From Anaerolineales bacterium (GTDB lineage: Bacteria > Chloroflexota > Anaerolineae > Anaerolineales > Villigracilaceae), in the NCBI GenBank assembly GCA_049578465.1, contig JBAUMB010000055.1:18085-82084 (forward strand): a DNA stretch of 64,000 bases, read 5' to 3'. Below are positions 1 to 8,692 of this stretch, piece by piece (within the stretch, counting starts at the first letter, position 1; every line of letters starts with the position of its first letter). Both the position numbers and the translations under genes were made by a program. The notes beneath the pieces were generated by a model. It saw nothing but the letters and a program-made list of their open reading frames with translations, did not search any database and was not told where the DNA came from.

Positions 1-1
1 T

Positions 2-760
2 CATTCTTTGATTCCAACGAAAGATCGTTATTGGGCTGACCCGTTTATTGTTGTCCACCAAAAACAAAATCACATCTTTATCGAAGAAAAAATGTATGCA
101 ACCGGCCGAGGGCGAATTGCCTGTCTGACGCTCGATGAAGAAGGTAATCTAAAATCTCATCAGGTTGTGCTTGAACGTCCTTATCATCTTTCATATCCAT
201 TCATCTTTGAATATCGCGGCGAGATGTTTATGTTGCCAGAGACTGCACAAAACCGCACACTTGAAATCTATCGCTGTGTGCATTTTCCCGATCAATGGGA
301 ATTGACAACAACATTGATGAATAATATTTATGTAGTGGATGCGACTTTACTGGAACATAAAAATAAATGGTGGTTGTTTGCCAATGTTAAAGAAAAAAAT
401 GGCTCAAGCCTAGACTCTTTGTATCTGTTTTTTAGCGATGATCCGCTCTCAAATCGTTGGACGCGCCATCCATTGAATCCGATTGTTCATGATATTCATT
501 CTGCACGTCCGGCAGGAAGAATCTTTATCCGTGATGGAAACTTGATTCGTCCTTCACAGGATAATTCACACCGATATGGTTACGCAATTAAATTCAATCA
601 CATTGTCAAGTTGAGTGAAACGGAATACGAAGAGATTACCGAGTCTTCGTTTGAACCACCGCATCATGCAAAGATTCTTGCAACGCATACGTTTAATCAA
701 ATGAATGATTTAACTGTAGTTGATGCCGTTATTCGCCGCTGGAAATTCTTCTCTCGCTGA
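2..760 (+). CDS. C-terminal part of a beta-propeller (GH43-like / GINT1-like) domain protein; the 5' end lies outside the window
   Basis: The frame of the listed ORF 8..760 stays open back to the window edge. Motifs DRYWADPF, PFIFEYRGEMFMLPE and WWLFAN fit a domain often found as the C-terminal half of sugar-modifying fusion proteins. Family assignment is from motif memory only. Confidence 0.45.
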   Translation, partial: HSLIPTKDRYWADPFIVVHQKQNHIFIEEKMYATGRGRIACLTLDEEGNLKSHQVVLERPYHLSYPFIFEYRGEMFMLPETAQNRTLEIYRCVHFPDQWELTTTLMNNIYVVDATLLEHKNKWWLFANVKEKNGSSLDSLYLFFSDDPLSNRWTRHPLNPIVHDIHSARPAGRIFIRDGNLIRPSQDNSHRYGYAIKFNHIVKLSETEYEEITESSFEPPHHAKILATHTFNQMNDLTVVDAVIRRWKFFSR

Positions 761-774
761 CGTATAATCCTTGC

Positions 775-1272
775 GTGCCCATTTTGGATAAACACACTTT
801 TGAGTTCTTCAGCCGAAGCGCGGAGCAAACCAGACGCATTGGAATGCGACTCGGTGGTTTGCTTCAACCATCGGATTTGATTTGTTTGCAGGGCGATCTC
901 GGCGCAGGCAAGACCACGCTCGTGCAGGGATTGGCGCAAGGCTGGGGTTCGCTCGATGCAGTTTCGAGTCCGACGTTCGTTTTGATTAACGAATATCGCC
1001 GTCCCGACGCGTGCCAGCTTTTTCACATGGACGCGTACCGCATCGAGTCGGCGCCGGAAGCGGCTGAACTCGACTTCGACTCGATGCTCACCCGCGGCGC
1101 GTTGATCGTCGAATGGGCGGATCGTATTATTTCCGTGTTGCCCAACGAGAGATTATGGGTCAGCCTTGAATACCGAGACGAGGAACAAAGGCAGATGAAC
1201 TTTAAAGCGAACGGCGCGCGTTATGATGAAGTGTTGACTGAACTTCAAACAAATATGTTTGGAGCCGCGTGA
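775..1272 (+). CDS. tsaE: tRNA threonylcarbamoyladenosine (t6A) biosynthesis ATPase TsaE
   Basis: P-loop [23 protein letters not shown] and EWAD motifs, about 165 aa, GTG start. It sits directly upstream of tsaB, the classic gene order. Confidence 0.9.
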   Translation: MPILDKHTFEFFSRSAEQTRRIGMRLGGLLQPSDLICLQGDLGAGKTTLVQGLAQGWGSLDAVSSPTFVLINEYRRPDACQLFHMDAYRIESAPEAAELDFDSMLTRGALIVEWADRIISVLPNERLWVSLEYRDEEQRQMNFKANGARYDEVLTELQTNMFGAA

Positions 1273-1940
1273 TGTTGCTCGCTGTTGATACATCCACCGC
1301 CCAAACGGGACTCGCTTTGTATGATGGAGCCAATGTCATTGTTGAGATGATGTGGCAGAGCCATCAGCATCATACCGTTGAACTGGCGCCGGCATTTGAA
1401 GAGTTGATTAAACGCGCCGAGGTTAAGATATCCGATATCGAAGCGCTGGGCGTTGCGATCGGTCCCGGTTCATTTACCAGTTTGCGCGTGGGACTATCCT
1501 TTGTTAAAGGATTGGCATTGGCGCGTAAGTTGCCAGTTATTGGAATTCCATCACTTGATATACTTGCTGCCGCGCAACCGATTGCGAAAATGCCATTAGC
1601 GGCAATCTTGCAAGCAGGCCGCACACGGATTGCATTAGGATGGTATAAAGTAGATGAAAATCAATGGAAGCCCGATGGCGAGATTAAGATTTCCACAGTG
1701 GACGCGTTCGCTGATTCTATTGATGCGCCAACTTTGGTGGCCGGTGAATTGACTTCCGAAGAACGACAGAGATTGACTCGCAAGAAAGCCTATATACATT
1801 TAGCTCCGCCTTCGCTGTGTATGCGGCGTCCCGCCGTTTTAGCGGAATTGGCTTGGACGCGTTTTCAGTCTGGTAGTGTGGATGAAGCCGCCTCGCTCGC
1901 ACCGATCTATTTGCATACCGGCGAATCCATTCAGGCATGA
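1269..1940 (+). CDS. tsaB: t6A biosynthesis protein TsaB (YeaZ)
   Basis: N-terminus [38 protein letters not shown], 4-nt overlap with tsaE. Confidence 0.9.
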   Translation: MMLLAVDTSTAQTGLALYDGANVIVEMMWQSHQHHTVELAPAFEELIKRAEVKISDIEALGVAIGPGSFTSLRVGLSFVKGLALARKLPVIGIPSLDILAAAQPIAKMPLAAILQAGRTRIALGWYKVDENQWKPDGEIKISTVDAFADSIDAPTLVAGELTSEERQRLTRKKAYIHLAPPSLCMRRPAVLAELAWTRFQSGSVDEAASLAPIYLHTGESIQA

Positions 1941-2395
1941 ACGTGCTCATTCGCAAGATGACGGTGGAAGATGTGCCGGTCGCCGCTCAGCTGGATCGCA
2001 TGTCGTTCACTTTGCCGTGGCCGGAGCATGCGTTTTATTATGAAGTAAAAAATAACTTCGCAGCGCGTTGTTTTGTCGCTGAGACCGAAGATCGAAAGGT
2101 GATTGGCATGGTCATCTCGTGGGTGATCCTTGATGAATTGCATATCGCCACAATTGCGGTTCATCCTGATTTTCGTCGCCAAGGAATCGGCGAGTTGATC
2201 TTAACGAAAGCGCTTCAAGATGGACGTGAAGCCGGGACGCAACATGCGTTGCTCGAGGTCCGCGCCGGAAACGATGCCGCGCAGAGTCTATATCGCAAGT
2301 TTGGATTCAAAGCCGTTGGCAAGCGTGCGAAATATTATAAGGATAACGGCGAAGATGCTATCTTGATGAACCTGGATGATTTGGAGTCGATATGA
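1937..2395 (+). CDS. rimI: ribosomal-protein-alanine N-acetyltransferase RimI (GNAT)
   Basis: GNAT motif A IAVHPDFRRQGIGELIL, about 150 aa, overlaps the tsaB stop; tsaE-tsaB-rimI synteny. Confidence 0.85.
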   Translation: MNVLIRKMTVEDVPVAAQLDRMSFTLPWPEHAFYYEVKNNFAARCFVAETEDRKVIGMVISWVILDELHIATIAVHPDFRRQGIGELILTKALQDGREAGTQHALLEVRAGNDAAQSLYRKFGFKAVGKRAKYYKDNGEDAILMNLDDLESI

Positions 2396-3027
2396 GCGCC
2401 GAAGAAATATTAGCGCAAGTTGCAAAAGAAGTCGCGGTGTGCGAGAAGTGTGCGCTGTTTCATTCTCGCAAGAATTCAGTACCCGGTGAAGGCCCGGCAG
2501 ATTCCGAGATCATGTTCATCGGCGAAGGTCCGGGCTTTTACGAAAATGAACAAGGACGTCCATTCGTTGGCGCATCCGGACAATTTCTCGATCAACTCCT
2601 CGCTCAAGCGGGACTCAAACGTGCAGATGTTTTTATCGGCAACGTGGTCAAATGCCGACCGCCCGGCAATCGCGATCCACAACCGGAGGAGTTGGCCGCA
2701 TGCGACGCGTATCTTGAACGTCAGATCAAAGCCATCAATCCGAGTATCATCATCACGCTGGGACGTTATTCGATGAACAAGTTCATGCCCGGTGCGAAGA
2801 TCAGCACGGTGCATGGACAGATGCGAAAAGTCGGCGAACGGTATGTGATCGCGATGTTCCATCCCGCCGCGGCGTTGCATCAAGCTTCATTGAAACCATC
2901 CATTCTGGCGGACTTTGCTAAACTTCCTGAACTGCTCGAGCAAGCGCGCAAAGGATTGGGTCGCTCCGCACCCGAAGTAAAAGAAGAAGAGCCAAAGGAA
3001 GAACCGAAACAATTGAATCTATTTTAA
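2392..3027 (+). CDS. uracil-DNA glycosylase, family 4
   Basis: CEKCALFHSRKNSVPGEGP...IMFIGEGPG...GRPFVGASGQFL and HPAAAL motifs are typical of family 4 UDG with an Fe-S cysteine pattern. Confidence 0.85.
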   Translation: MSAEEILAQVAKEVAVCEKCALFHSRKNSVPGEGPADSEIMFIGEGPGFYENEQGRPFVGASGQFLDQLLAQAGLKRADVFIGNVVKCRPPGNRDPQPEELAACDAYLERQIKAINPSIIITLGRYSMNKFMPGAKISTVHGQMRKVGERYVIAMFHPAAALHQASLKPSILADFAKLPELLEQARKGLGRSAPEVKEEEPKEEPKQLNLF

Positions 3028-3032
3028 TTACA

Positions 3033-3112
3033 TCACCAAGGCACAAAGTTTGCAAAGAATCTTTTTGCGAATCTAAAGAAGAAAACTTCGTGTCCTTATA
3101 TCTACGTGGTGA
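3033..3112. repeat. long imperfect intergenic hairpin (purine-rich GCACAAAG/GCAAAG units pairing with CTTCGTG/CTTTTTGCG units)
   Basis: TCACCA/TGGTGA outer stem (3033-3038 with 3107-3112). AAGGCACAAAG (3038-3048) pairs with CTTCGTGTCCTT (3086-3097). Fills the gap between the udg stop and the island. Confidence 0.5.
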
Positions 3113-3128
3113 ACAAAAAAGGAAATGA

Positions 3129-4451
3129 ATGTCAACCAAAGAAACCCTCATCAAAAAATTTCAAGATAAATCTGCAAGAATTGGAATCCTCGGCATGGGA
3201 TATGTTGGGATGCCGCTGGCAGTTGCGTTCGCCGAGACGGGCTTCAATGTCCTCGGCATTGACCCGGATCAGCGCAAGACGGATACGTTCAAAAAAAACA
3301 TTTCATACATTCAGGATGTGCCGACCGAAACTGTGGCGCGCTTGCATAAAAGTGGAAAGTTGAATATGACCACTGACTTCGCCGCGTTGAAAGATATGGA
3401 TGCGGTCAGCATTTGTGTACCCACGCCTCTGCGTCAAACCGGCGATCCGGATATGTCGTTCATCAATTCAGCGGCGGATCAACTCGCGAAATATGTCCAC
3501 AAAGGAATGGTTGTTGTTTTGGAATCAACCACTTATCCCGGCACGACGCGTGAAGTGATGATTCCGAAATTGACGGAACAATCCGGACTGAAAGTGGGCG
3601 AGGATATCTTCATTTGCTTCTCGCCTGAACGAGTCGATCCTGGGCGAAAAGATTGGACCACATTGAACACGCCGAAAGTCATAGGCGGAATTACGGCCGC
3701 GTGTGTTGAAGTTGCTGAGGCTTGGTACGGCGGCGCAATCAAGACCATCGTGCCGGTTTCTTCTGCAGAAGCGGCAGAGATGGCGAAACTATTGGAAAAC
3801 ACCTTCCGCATGATTAATATTGGATTGGTCAATGAACTCGCGATCATGTGCGAACGTTTGGGCGTGGATGTTTGGGAGGTCATTGATGCCGCGGCGACGA
3901 AACCGTTTGGCTTTATGAAGTTCACACCGGGTCCTGGTTTGGGCGGACATTGCATCCCGATTGACCCGTTATATCTTTCATGGAAAATGAAAGAGATGAA
4001 TTACAATGCGCGCTTCATCGAGTTGGCATCCGAGATCAATACGAACATGCCGCGCTATGTCGTCAGCCGCATTTTGGATGCAATGAATGACCGCGGCAAA
4101 GTTTTAAAAGGATCAAAGGTGTTGGTACTTGGCGTAGCCTACAAACCGGATATTGACGATGTGCGCGAGTCACCCGCGCTGGATGTGATCGCATTGTTAA
4201 AGAAAAAAGGCGCGCAGGTTTCGTATCATGACCCGTACATCCCGCAGATTCATCATGAACATGAAGGCTGGAAGATGGACAGCGTCAAAGACGCGATGCA
4301 AGCTGTCAAGGAATCGGATGCGGTGGTGATTGTCACCAATCATAAAGCGTATGATTACCCAGCAATCCTTGCCCAAGCAAAATTTGTATTCGATAGCCGC
4401 AATGCGTTGGGAAAATTAGGAAAAGAAAGCGACAAAGTCGCAAGGCTCTAA
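3129..4451 (+). CDS. nucleotide-sugar 6-dehydrogenase (UDP-glucose/GDP-mannose dehydrogenase family; substrate not assignable)
   Basis: N-terminal Rossmann IGILGMGYVGMPLAVAFA, catalytic-Cys region PGPGLGGHCIPIDP, about 440 aa. Confidence 0.85.
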   Translation: MSTKETLIKKFQDKSARIGILGMGYVGMPLAVAFAETGFNVLGIDPDQRKTDTFKKNISYIQDVPTETVARLHKSGKLNMTTDFAALKDMDAVSICVPTPLRQTGDPDMSFINSAADQLAKYVHKGMVVVLESTTYPGTTREVMIPKLTEQSGLKVGEDIFICFSPERVDPGRKDWTTLNTPKVIGGITAACVEVAEAWYGGAIKTIVPVSSAEAAEMAKLLENTFRMINIGLVNELAIMCERLGVDVWEVIDAAATKPFGFMKFTPGPGLGGHCIPIDPLYLSWKMKEMNYNARFIELASEINTNMPRYVVSRILDAMNDRGKVLKGSKVLVLGVAYKPDIDDVRESPALDVIALLKKKGAQVSYHDPYIPQIHHEHEGWKMDSVKDAMQAVKESDAVVIVTNHKAYDYPAILAQAKFVFDSRNALGKLGKESDKVARL

Positions 4452-4453
4452 TT

Positions 4454-5425
4454 ATGGGAAAGTATTTGGTCACCGGCGCGGCGGGTTTCATTGGCGCACG
4501 CACCTCGGAAATGTTGATTGAAGATGGACACACCGTCGTCGGTGTGGATAACCTGAACGACGCATATGATCCGCGCATGAAAGAATATCGCTTGAAGAAA
4601 TTGCAAGCCTTGCCGAGATTTGCATTTCATCAATTGGATATTTCTGACAAATCCGTCATTGATCATTTCAAAGGTGAAAAACTTGACGGAGTCATTAATC
4701 TTGCAGCGCGCGCGGGTGTGCGTTACAGCGTTGAGAATCCGTGGGCGTATGTCAATGCCAACGTGGTTGGCACATTGAATATGCTGGAGTTGTGCAAGCA
4801 AAGTGAGACAAAGAAATTTATCTTCGCCTCCACATCCAGCATTTATGGAGCGAATCCTCCGTATCCAACACCGGAAGCCGCTTCGAGCAGTGAGCCGCTT
4901 CAACCGTATGCCGCCAGTAAAAAAGGCGCGGAAGCGTTGTGTCATTCATATCATCATTTATATGATATTGATGTTACGGTCGTACGCTTTTTCACCGTGT
5001 ATGGTCCCGCGGGCAGACCGGACTTGGCGTTGTTCCGTTTTGTGCAATGGATTAGCGAAGGACGACCGGTGCGCGTAAATGGCGACGGGAATCAATCGCG
5101 CGGCTTTACATACATTGATGACATCGCGCGCGGCACGATGCTTGCGCTCAAACCGCTTGGATACGAAATCATTAACATTGGCGGACATGAAGTCATCACC
5201 ATCAATGATTCAATTAAATTGATTGAAGAGTTGACCGGTAAAAAAGCAAACGTTCAATATGGCGCGCCGAATTTGGCGGATATGTTCACCAATTGGGCGG
5301 ATGTCAGCAAAGCAAAAAAACTTTTGGGCTGGGCGCCTCAAGTGGGACTCCGCGAGGGCGTGAAAAAGTTAATTGATTGGTACGCCGCTGAGAGGTCGTG
5401 GGCGAGCGGGATTTTGACTCCGTGA
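4454..5425 (+). CDS. NAD-dependent nucleotide-sugar epimerase, UDP-glucuronate 4-epimerase-like SDR
   Basis: VTGAAGFIGA Rossmann motif, NDAYDPRMKEYRLKKL (the YYD..LK..RL-type motif of uronate 4-epimerases), YAASK catalytic motif. Lies directly after the dehydrogenase. Confidence 0.75.
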   Translation: MGKYLVTGAAGFIGARTSEMLIEDGHTVVGVDNLNDAYDPRMKEYRLKKLQALPRFAFHQLDISDKSVIDHFKGEKLDGVINLAARAGVRYSVENPWAYVNANVVGTLNMLELCKQSETKKFIFASTSSIYGANPPYPTPEAASSSEPLQPYAASKKGAEALCHSYHHLYDIDVTVVRFFTVYGPAGRPDLALFRFVQWISEGRPVRVNGDGNQSRGFTYIDDIARGTMLALKPLGYEIINIGGHEVITINDSIKLIEELTGKKANVQYGAPNLADMFTNWADVSKAKKLLGWAPQVGLREGVKKLIDWYAAERSWASGILTP

Positions 5426-6762
5426 ATTCTTGGCGTCATCGGTTTGAATCGTGGCGTGCAGATAACATCCTGCGCCGCGTCGTTCGCAACAGCGGATATT
5501 TATTCAGCTCCACAACTATTTCTGCGGTATTAGGTTTCGTGCAAGGAATCTTTGCCGTGCGCCTGCTCGGCATTAACGGTTATGGACTCGCGGTTGGCAC
5601 GATCATTTTGTTTGCGTCGAATGTGAACCGTTTGCTATCGTTCCGTATGAGCGAAGTGATGGTGAAATATTTGGCGGAAGCGCTGACGAATGAAAAGTAT
5701 CAGCGCGCCGCGGCCATCGTCAAAGCCATCGGGTTGGTCGAAGGTTTTACTTCGGTCGCCGCCTATCTGATTTTATTGGCATTGACTCCCTGGGCGGCGC
5801 GCACATTTGCAAAAGATCCGGCCACCGCTCCGCTCTTTGCGTTCTATGGTCTTTCTCTTTTGTCGAATCTGATTTATGAAACTTCGACCGGCGTTCTGCA
5901 AGCCACCGATCGCTTCGACCGCGTGGCGGTGATCAATTTGATTCAAAGTATCATCACCGCGGCGATGATCTTTGCGGATTTTGTTTTGAAGCGCGGCATG
6001 GTGGATATTTTGACCGCCTATCTTGTTGGCAAAACATTTACCGGCATTGCCGTGATTTATTTTGCAGTGCTCGAATTGAATAAAGTCCTCGGCAAGGATT
6101 GGATTCGCGCTTCGCTTCGTCAATTGACTGATTGGCGTTCGATTGGCGGTTTCGCGATCAATACCAACTTGAATGGCACGATCACGCTCTTTGTGCGCGA
6201 TAATGCGCCGTTGTACCTTGCCGCGTTTGCAACCGTGACCGAAGTCGGTTATTTCAAACTCGCCTTGAGTCTGGTTAGCATCGTTTCATTGCCCATCGAG
6301 CCGTTCATCTGGCCCACCTATGCCGAGTTGACGCGCAGTATCGCTTTGCGACAGTGGAAGGAAACGAAACGACTCTTGCGCCGCGTCAGCGCGATTGCGG
6401 GCGGCTGGACTCTTGCGGCCGGCGGCGGATTGGTCGCGTTCGGATGGTGGCTTCTGCCGTTCGTGTATGGCGCTGACGCGCGTCCCGCGTATTTCTCGTT
6501 AGCCATTTTGCTGATCGGCTATGGAATGGCAAACGTCTTTCATTGGAATCGTCCGCTGTTGCTGGCGTTTGGAATGCCGGGCTTTCCGGTGATAGCGATG
6601 ACCGTGGTCGGCGTGGTGGAGATCGCATTGATCTTTTTGCTCGTGCCGCATTACGGCTATCTGGCGGAGTCCGCTATCGTTTCTGGATACTTCGTGGTCG
6701 CCATCGGCTGGATCGTTTGGCGCGGCTTGAGCGTGCTTCATCAAAAGGAAATAACCACATGA
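5398..6762 (+). CDS. MOP-superfamily oligosaccharide flippase (Wzx-like polysaccharide biosynthesis protein)
   Basis: About 450 aa, roughly 12-14 hydrophobic segments, position in a glycan locus. An alternative GTG start at 5422 gives a GTGA overlap with the upstream stop and may be the real start. Confidence 0.7.
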   Translation: MGERDFDSVNSWRHRFESWRADNILRRVVRNSGYLFSSTTISAVLGFVQGIFAVRLLGINGYGLAVGTIILFASNVNRLLSFRMSEVMVKYLAEALTNEKYQRAAAIVKAIGLVEGFTSVAAYLILLALTPWAARTFAKDPATAPLFAFYGLSLLSNLIYETSTGVLQATDRFDRVAVINLIQSIITAAMIFADFVLKRGMVDILTAYLVGKTFTGIAVIYFAVLELNKVLGKDWIRASLRQLTDWRSIGGFAINTNLNGTITLFVRDNAPLYLAAFATVTEVGYFKLALSLVSIVSLPIEPFIWPTYAELTRSIALRQWKETKRLLRRVSAIAGGWTLAAGGGLVAFGWWLLPFVYGADARPAYFSLAILLIGYGMANVFHWNRPLLLAFGMPGFPVIAMTVVGVVEIALIFLLVPHYGYLAESAIVSGYFVVAIGWIVWRGLSVLHQKEITT

Positions 6763-6770
6763 AAAAATTA

Positions 6771-6839
6771 ACCGCGAAGAACGCAAAGCCCGCTAAGAAA
6801 AACAAAAGAATTCTTTGCGCTCTTGGCGAGCTTCGCGGT
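6771..6839. repeat. long imperfect intergenic hairpin of the same architecture (CGCGAAG/CGCAAAG units versus CTTTGCG/CTTCGCG units)
   Basis: ACCGCGAAG (6771-6779) is the exact complement of CTTCGCGGT (6831-6839). Inner CGCAAAG/CTTTGCG pairing and a central AAAGAATTCTTT palindrome. Confidence 0.55.
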
Positions 6840-6880
6840 TCGAATCTTTTCTTTTGTTTATATTGATTTAGAAAGAACTT

Positions 6881-8008
6881 ATGAAGATCGTTGCGATTGC
6901 AGGCTCGCGCATTCCATCGGATACCGCCAACAGCATTCAAGTGATGAAGGCTTGCCAGGCGTTGGTTCAACTCGGACATGAACTCACGCTGATTATCCCG
7001 GCAAATCCATCTTCTATTCAACATCCTCCGGTGGACGAAATCGCATCGTTATACGGGCTTCAAACTTCTTTTAACATTGAATGGTTATCTTCCATCAATC
7101 GCCGCTTGTTCACGTGGCAGGCGGTGCAGCGCGCCCGCGCACTCCAGCCCGATCTGCTTTACGTATGGATGGTTCAATCCGCCGTTTTTGGATTACTGAC
7201 GCATTTGCCGGTGGTCTTTGAGATTCATATTCAGCCCTCTGGATTGCTTGGTCCGGTGTGGCATCGTTGGTTCGCGCGCATTCGCGGACGCAAGCGCTTG
7301 GTTTCGATCACGCGCGCGCTCGTGGATGTTTTGCAGAATCAATTCAGTGTTCAACTCAATGCAGATGAAATTGTCATTGCGCCCAATGGCGTTGACCTTG
7401 AACGATTCGCTTCATTGCCCAAGCCGGTTACGGCGCGACGACAATTGAACTTCGTCGAAGCCCCGACCGTGATGTGTACCGGTCATCTCTACGCGGGACG
7501 CGGCGTTGAACTCTTCATTGAGTTGGCGCGCAGAATTCCAAGCGCGCAATTCGTGTGGGTTGGCGGACGCCCTCAGGATGTCAATGAATGGCGCGCAAAA
7601 GCCTCATCTCAAAATTTGCAAAACGTTTTGTTCACCGGCTTCATCCCCAATCGTGATCTTCCGTTATATCAATCCGCGGCGGACGTATTGCTCATGCCGT
7701 ATGCGCGTTCGATCTTTGGCTCGAGCGGTTCAGCGGACTCTGCCGCGGTTGCCAGCCCGATGAAGATGTTCGAATACATGGCGGCGGAACGCGCCATCAT
7801 CACCAGCGACTTGCCGGTGATCCGCGAAGTGCTGAATGAAACGAACGCCGTCTTTTGCCCGCCCGATGATGTGAACGCTTGGAAGACTGCACTCGAAAAT
7901 TTACTTGCGGTTGAATCTCGGCGACTGATGTTTGCGAAACAAGCGCGCTTCGCGGTAGAAAATCATACATGGATTGCGCGAGCTCGGCATGTGTTGAATG
8001 GATTTTAG
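6881..8008 (+). CDS. glycosyltransferase family 4 (GT-B)
   Basis: N-terminal MKIVAIAG..., C-terminal half with GGRP...LLMPY...KMFEYMAAERAIITSD (E-x7-E-like region). Confidence 0.8.
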   Translation: MKIVAIAGSRIPSDTANSIQVMKACQALVQLGHELTLIIPANPSSIQHPPVDEIASLYGLQTSFNIEWLSSINRRLFTWQAVQRARALQPDLLYVWMVQSAVFGLLTHLPVVFEIHIQPSGLLGPVWHRWFARIRGRKRLVSITRALVDVLQNQFSVQLNADEIVIAPNGVDLERFASLPKPVTARRQLNFVEAPTVMCTGHLYAGRGVELFIELARRIPSAQFVWVGGRPQDVNEWRAKASSQNLQNVLFTGFIPNRDLPLYQSAADVLLMPYARSIFGSSGSADSAAVASPMKMFEYMAAERAIITSDLPVIREVLNETNAVFCPPDDVNAWKTALENLLAVESRRLMFAKQARFAVENHTWIARARHVLNGF

Positions 8009-8108
8009 CAAGCGAGCTTTTTCAAAGGTTCGCCAGTTTTTAGGCTTATACCATTAGCAATTCCCATTTTGTGGTTTATAAACCTTTTTGTGATTCTTGT
8101 ATCTGTAA

Positions 8109-8537
8109 TTACTTGAAAAATAATTCTTTGAGCGTTAATAACAATGAAAGAGTGAAAGATATTCCCAACAATATATCTCGTCCGTTTTCTATAGTTCTAT
8201 CAATCCATTTCCCAAAATGATTCTTTCGCTCATACTTTGCTCGGCGATAAGCAGAAGATAATAAGAAAACGTGTCCATTTTCTTGAGTTTCAATATACCC
8301 GAGTTTTTCAAGGCTTGTTATTGGGTTGCCTTTGGGTATTTCAAATTGAGTACTATCGTCTGTCCCGTCTCCAATCAGTACATAAAAATATAAGCCATCT
8401 GGGCTATGAGTAGCACAAAGCACATCAAGAGACTCATCACGTTGTGCTCTATCGACTAATGCGACCAATATTTTGGCTACTGATTTAGGAAGAGGATCAC
8501 TGAGGTTCAGAGATTCCATAATTTGCCTTACCTTCAT
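8109..8537 (-). CDS. hypothetical protein with a C-terminal membrane anchor, in an AT-rich islet
   Basis: 142-aa ORF on the opposite strand to all neighbours. Single C-terminal hydrophobic segment ILLGISFTLSLLLTL. No family recognised. Confidence 0.5.
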   Translation of the reverse strand: MKVRQIMESLNLSDPLPKSVAKILVALVDRAQRDESLDVLCATHSPDGLYFYVLIGDGTDDSTQFEIPKGNPITSLEKLGYIETQENGHVFLLSSAYRRAKYERKNHFGKWIDRTIENGRDILLGISFTLSLLLTLKELFFK

Positions 8538-8692
8538 GTAGTAGAAATTTTGTATCTAAGCTCAGGTTGATTAATATGAAAGTAAATCTTGTACATAATT
8601 ATACGCCCGTGTGAAAAACTTGTTCTAATATTATGCGCACAGGCACGGATCATATTCTCTCAATAAAGCAGGTGGGGTAGAATAAGCCCGAT

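Noticed and set aside
4448-4945. 165-aa minus-strand ORF opposite the epimerase gene, plus similar shadows at 16847..17398 and 53051..53578
   Set aside because: They are antisense to genes with textbook SDR, membrane or GT2 motifs. They have no start context and no domain.
6760-6867. Small ORF MKKLTAKNAKPAKKNKRILCALGELRGSNLFFCLY
   Set aside because: It is the read-through translation of the intergenic hairpin repeat. The peptide reflects the repeat's purine-run and pyrimidine-run arms, not a gene.
8073-8089. GGTTTATAAACC followed by TTTTT as a terminator for the GT4 gene
   Set aside because: The palindrome leaves at most a 4-bp AT-rich stem once a loop is allowed. That is too weak to call a Rho-independent terminator.
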